Shown here: in pieces, positions 60,775-64,000 of the stretch
Layout of the letters: every line of letters starts with the position of its first letter
How positions within the stretch are numbered: position 1 is the first letter of the stretch
Assembly: GCA_020632515.1 (NCBI GenBank)
Contig: JACKFK010000010.1
Location: 35,735 to 99,734, forward strand
Length of the DNA: 64,000 nucleotides
Direction: 5' to 3'
From: Candidatus Omnitrophota bacterium
Lineage (GTDB): Bacteria; Omnitrophota; Gorgyraeia; Zapsychrales; Zapsychraceae
The notes under the pieces: generated by a model
The model's input: the letters and a program-made list of their open reading frames with translations, nothing else
Told to the model about the DNA's origin: nothing
The model's database searches: none
Translations under genes and position numbers: made by a program

Positions 60775-63639
60775 CTAAGTCGGAAAATTGTATTTTTGTT
60801 CCCTTTTTTGAAACGCCTCCGGTCCCCCTTCAAGCACATACCAACAGTGTTGTCGAATACCTTTTTGATTAAGAACAGATTTTTCTTCATCATTCTCAAA
60901 AGTATTTTCCAATCCACCTGATACATAGCTGATATATGCAGGTTGCAAGGCTTTGTCCTTCTCGAAATTTGCAACAATAACTTGTTCTGAATCAGTATTC
61001 ACAACCAAATTAGCGTTATGGGTTGCTATAATCACTTGTCTTTTATTCTTCGCTGTTCTGAAATAATTGATTAGTGTTTGATACACCGACCTATTATCCA
61101 GATTTTCCTCGGGCTGATCAATCAAAATCGGTTTAAAATCTTCATCAAGATCCAAGTATAAAATCAATAAAGCAATCCCCTTTAATCCTGGAGTCAATTC
61201 GTCCAGCTTCTTTTCATCAAATTCGATTGAATAGGATAACTTGTAATAATCTATGTTCGTTAACCATTTATAAAAATCAGCTATTGTAAAATTATTGTTC
61301 AACTGTTCTATGAGTAGCTTCTCCTTGAATGGAACATCTTTGTATCTAAACGCTCCAACAATTAATTTTATAAATTTACTTATTGTTTGAGAATTTTCTT
61401 CATCTAATCTTTTGCCCACACCTTCAGACCTCAATTCACTCTCTAAGTTTAACTTCATAATCTCCTGCTTTGCAGATTCAATCGTTTTCTGAAGTTCTCT
61501 ATAGTCTTTATATTGAAAGTTTCCTGACTTTCTGTGATCAATCAAAGCATCACCAAGTTCCGTCATCTTCTTTGAATCAAAAGTTAACCGAACATTAAAT
61601 CTAAACAATCTCCTCTCATCTTCCTGCTTCTCAAGTAAGGTGGTCTCTAATGGATTATAAATTTCTTCCAACGATGCTTTTTCTTCAAACAAAGTCACGA
61701 AATATTCAAAAAAAGCATTAGCCAATTTTAATTTAGAGTCTTTCAGTGTTTTTTGAGCCAAGTTTGAAGCCTTTAACTTTTCTCCAAGAGCATCTGTCTC
61801 TTCCTTCAACTTCTTATTTAAATCACTTAACGAAGTCAACCTTTCCTGCCGAGTCTTTTCTAGATTTAACTGCTTCACTATACTTGCAATATCCTGCTTA
61901 AGCTTACCCAGCTCGGTATTCTTACTTGAAATATCACTTTTATTTGACGTCTTCTGTTTTTCTAATTGAACAGAAAAGTCCTTTGGTTCAATCGAAACAG
62001 AAATTATCTGTTTAAGCCCAATCCCCTTAATTTTTTCGTTTATGTTAAATACTTTAGTTGATAAATCGCCTTTCAAATCTTGAATTTCATTCGCAACAAC
62101 ATCTATTGATCGGATGCTTTGGGCTAGAATTGAGATGCTCTTTTCAAGCAAAGCTTTCTTTTCATTCAAATCATTGTATGACGTCAATAATTGCTTTTTT
62201 TCTTCCTGCCCTTCAGTAATAATTTTGGTGATGCTCGTTATTTCCTTTGCATTCTTTAAATATTCCTTTTCTCTTCGTGAAATCTCTTCCTTAATCTTAT
62301 CAATTTCAAGGACTGAATTAACCTTTTCATTAACTTCATCACTAAAACTTTCAAGCTGTAATTTAATCTGATTACGCTTTCTATTTATTAAGTCAAGCTT
62401 TGAACTCTTAAACTCTCCAAAACTGCTGTAAATAGCTTTTTCTTCATCTCTAACCTTCTGATAAATAACACCCTCAATCTGCTTTTGCAAAGCTTCAACT
62501 TGTTCTTCCGAGCACAAACGTTTCACGAAGCCTTGCGATAGATAAACTACCTTTTTATTTGGATCATCACCGTCATCCCAGCTTATTCGCTCAATTTGGT
62601 TAAGCTCAACTAAATCCTCTTCTTCATCCTCCCACTTCAAAGATAATCCAAGTTTTGGAAAATGCCCCTCCGCTTTCTTTAAAAACGAGTCGTCGTTTTC
62701 TGTTATTTCTTCCCAGTCTTTGTTAGCTGTTATTGTTATCAAATCTAATAACGCTGTCTTACCTGTCCCACGACCACCAATAATACTCACAAGATTAGAG
62801 TTAAGCTGAAGCTCCTTTTCCTCAAACCAACCGTTTGAATTTCGTATGCTGATTGATTTAATAACTTTACTATTTTCAACTTTAGCGGAAGGCTCATCGC
62901 CAATGTAAACTCTGGATGGTTCGTAAATGATTTGTCTTAATCCTTCAAAGGTTGGGTCTGCCTTAATCCAACAATTTGCTTTTAATGAATAATTATTAAT
63001 ATTGTGATTGTCAGAACAAATAACTAGCGGTTTCTCTAGCTTGATTACAGGAAAAACTTTCTCTTTATATCCCTGCATATCCTCTGTTTTACCAATCTCG
63101 TAAATATCAATGGCACCGCATATTTCAGTTTTTTGTGCTTGTTTGTGTGACAAGGCATTTGTGATATTTTCTAAAGAATTGCTCTTTGTGCCTGCATGGA
63201 TAGAAATTAAACCACCAAGTTCATGGATTAACTTAGATGTGTCCATCAAATCTACACGAACATTTTCATGCCCTACTTTCTTGATATCTGATGCAGTTAG
63301 ATTAAGCTGCCCTTGCAACTTGGTCCAAATGGTGTTGATATCTGCATTTTCGGGAAATATTCCTATATAGTGAATTGATTCAGAGCCTCCAAGCTCCGAT
63401 CTAAACTCAATCCCTGGTAAAATTGTAATATCATCTTTCGCTAACTGATTTAATGCATTTATACGCTCAACATCAATGACATGATGATCCGTAATAGCCA
63501 CCGTCCTAATCTCATTATCTTTTAATTTTTGGATTAACTGCTCGTTAGAGACGAATTTATCCTGATAATCAAATGAAGACGGTGTATGGAAATGCAAATC
63601 CCATTTTCGCCAGATTGAACCTTTTGGATATTTAAACAT
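60775..63639 (-). CDS. PHP-domain phosphoesterase fused to SMC/RecN-like ABC ATPase with long coiled coil (Ppl-like)
   Basis: PHP motifs are WDLHFHTPSS, AITDHHV, SIHAGTK and CSDNHN. Walker A GGRGTGKTALLD is present. About 350 aa of heptad-rich coiled coil follow. The C-terminus carries GLKGIALLILYL, Walker B PILIDQPEENLD and ATHNANL. Confidence 0.8.
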   Translation of the reverse strand: MFKYPKGSIWRKWDLHFHTPSSFDYQDKFVSNEQLIQKLKDNEIRTVAITDHHVIDVERINALNQLAKDDITILPGIEFRSELGGSESIHYIGIFPENADINTIWTKLQGQLNLTASDIKKVGHENVRVDLMDTSKLIHELGGLISIHAGTKSNSLENITNALSHKQAQKTEICGAIDIYEIGKTEDMQGYKEKVFPVIKLEKPLVICSDNHNINNYSLKANCWIKADPTFEGLRQIIYEPSRVYIGDEPSAKVENSKVIKSISIRNSNGWFEEKELQLNSNLVSIIGGRGTGKTALLDLITITANKDWEEITENDDSFLKKAEGHFPKLGLSLKWEDEEEDLVELNQIERISWDDGDDPNKKVVYLSQGFVKRLCSEEQVEALQKQIEGVIYQKVRDEEKAIYSSFGEFKSSKLDLINRKRNQIKLQLESFSDEVNEKVNSVLEIDKIKEEISRREKEYLKNAKEITSITKIITEGQEEKKQLLTSYNDLNEKKALLEKSISILAQSIRSIDVVANEIQDLKGDLSTKVFNINEKIKGIGLKQIISVSIEPKDFSVQLEKQKTSNKSDISSKNTELGKLKQDIASIVKQLNLEKTRQERLTSLSDLNKKLKEETDALGEKLKASNLAQKTLKDSKLKLANAFFEYFVTLFEEKASLEEIYNPLETTLLEKQEDERRLFRFNVRLTFDSKKMTELGDALIDHRKSGNFQYKDYRELQKTIESAKQEIMKLNLESELRSEGVGKRLDEENSQTISKFIKLIVGAFRYKDVPFKEKLLIEQLNNNFTIADFYKWLTNIDYYKLSYSIEFDEKKLDELTPGLKGIALLILYLDLDEDFKPILIDQPEENLDNRSVYQTLINYFRTAKNKRQVIIATHNANLVVNTDSEQVIVANFEKDKALQPAYISYVSGGLENTFENDEEKSVLNQKGIRQHCWYVLEGGPEAFQKREQKYNFPT

Positions 63640-63827
63640 AGAATGACTTTCTAGTTATTTATTTGAACTTATATTTTATCAAATTTCGGTAATAATTGTA
63701 ATCTTTCGCAACCCTCAGAATTCCACCTCATTACAACATATTTTTGGATTTACTCAGGAATTTGGGTCAAACGGACAGGAAGACGAGCCACAAGGAAGGC
63801 AAAAAAGGATGGTGGTGGTAAAGACCC

Positions 63828-64000
63828 TACTTATCTTCTTCATTTTCGTATACATAAAACTCTCCAAAGTGTGTCTTTTCTGTTTCTTTAACTTTCTCAG
63901 CTAAAATTTTTATATCGTCTTCAACTTCAAAATTCGAAACACGCTTTTCAAATAATTCAACGTCTTTGATTTCTTCAACGTCATACTCATGTTCATACGC
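63828..64000 (-). CDS. C-terminal end of a hypothetical protein (N-terminus beyond the window end)
   Basis: My own translation: ...YEHEYDVEEIKDVELFEKRVSNFEVEDDIKILAEKVKETEKTHFGEFYVYENEEDK*. The frame is open to the window edge. Confidence 0.4.

Overview
This is a low-G+C bacterial chromosomal segment. There is no rRNA, and I cannot assign taxonomy from sequence alone. It holds about 70 protein genes, almost all on the minus strand, and five tRNAs (Asn-GTT, Ser-GCT, Arg-ACG, Ser-GGA, Ser-TGA). Housekeeping anchors are dnaX-recR, tex and tadA. Core content includes two-component and c-di-GMP signalling proteins, an M16 peptidase, an ABC-2 exporter, a rhomboid protease and SGNH hydrolases.

Accessory or unusual content, left to right:
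(1) 1-4852: the end of an integrative element whose large serine recombinase gene reads into the 3' end of tRNA-Asn. It carries a fused PLD-nuclease/SNF2-helicase gene (open at the window edge and absent from the ORF track), a frameshifted excisionase-type HTH and a RadC-like JAB protein.
(2) A GIY-YIG cassette bracketed by duplications of the tRNA-Asn 5' end.
(3) An intact IS30-family element with a 15-bp flanking direct repeat, immediately downstream of recR.
(4) A visibly G+C-richer islet next to tRNA-Ser(GCT) carrying a class A beta-lactamase.
(5) A 1477-aa secreted protein with eight tandem ~103-aa repeats.
(6) A four-gene surface-fibre locus (SCPU-like subunits, Ig-like chaperone candidate, atypical 1032-aa outer-membrane protein). 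I rate this the best candidate for an undescribed system.
(7) Three tandem membrane-anchored SGNH paralogues downstream of a 17-copy 8-bp microsatellite and a tyrosine recombinase.
(8) A decayed island to the right of tRNA-Ser(TGA): integrase pseudogene, nested IS remnants, an orphan Rhs toxin tip with its immunity gene, and several frameshifted small genes. It ends in a PD-(D/E)xK nuclease / XRE regulator / 954-aa PHP-ABC-ATPase (Ppl-like) candidate defence cluster.

Non-coding observations: families of short 'word' repeats fill many intergenic regions, and a 10-bp-phased GGAC/GTCC repeat array occurs upstream of both large surface-protein operons. No CRISPR array or rRNA was seen.
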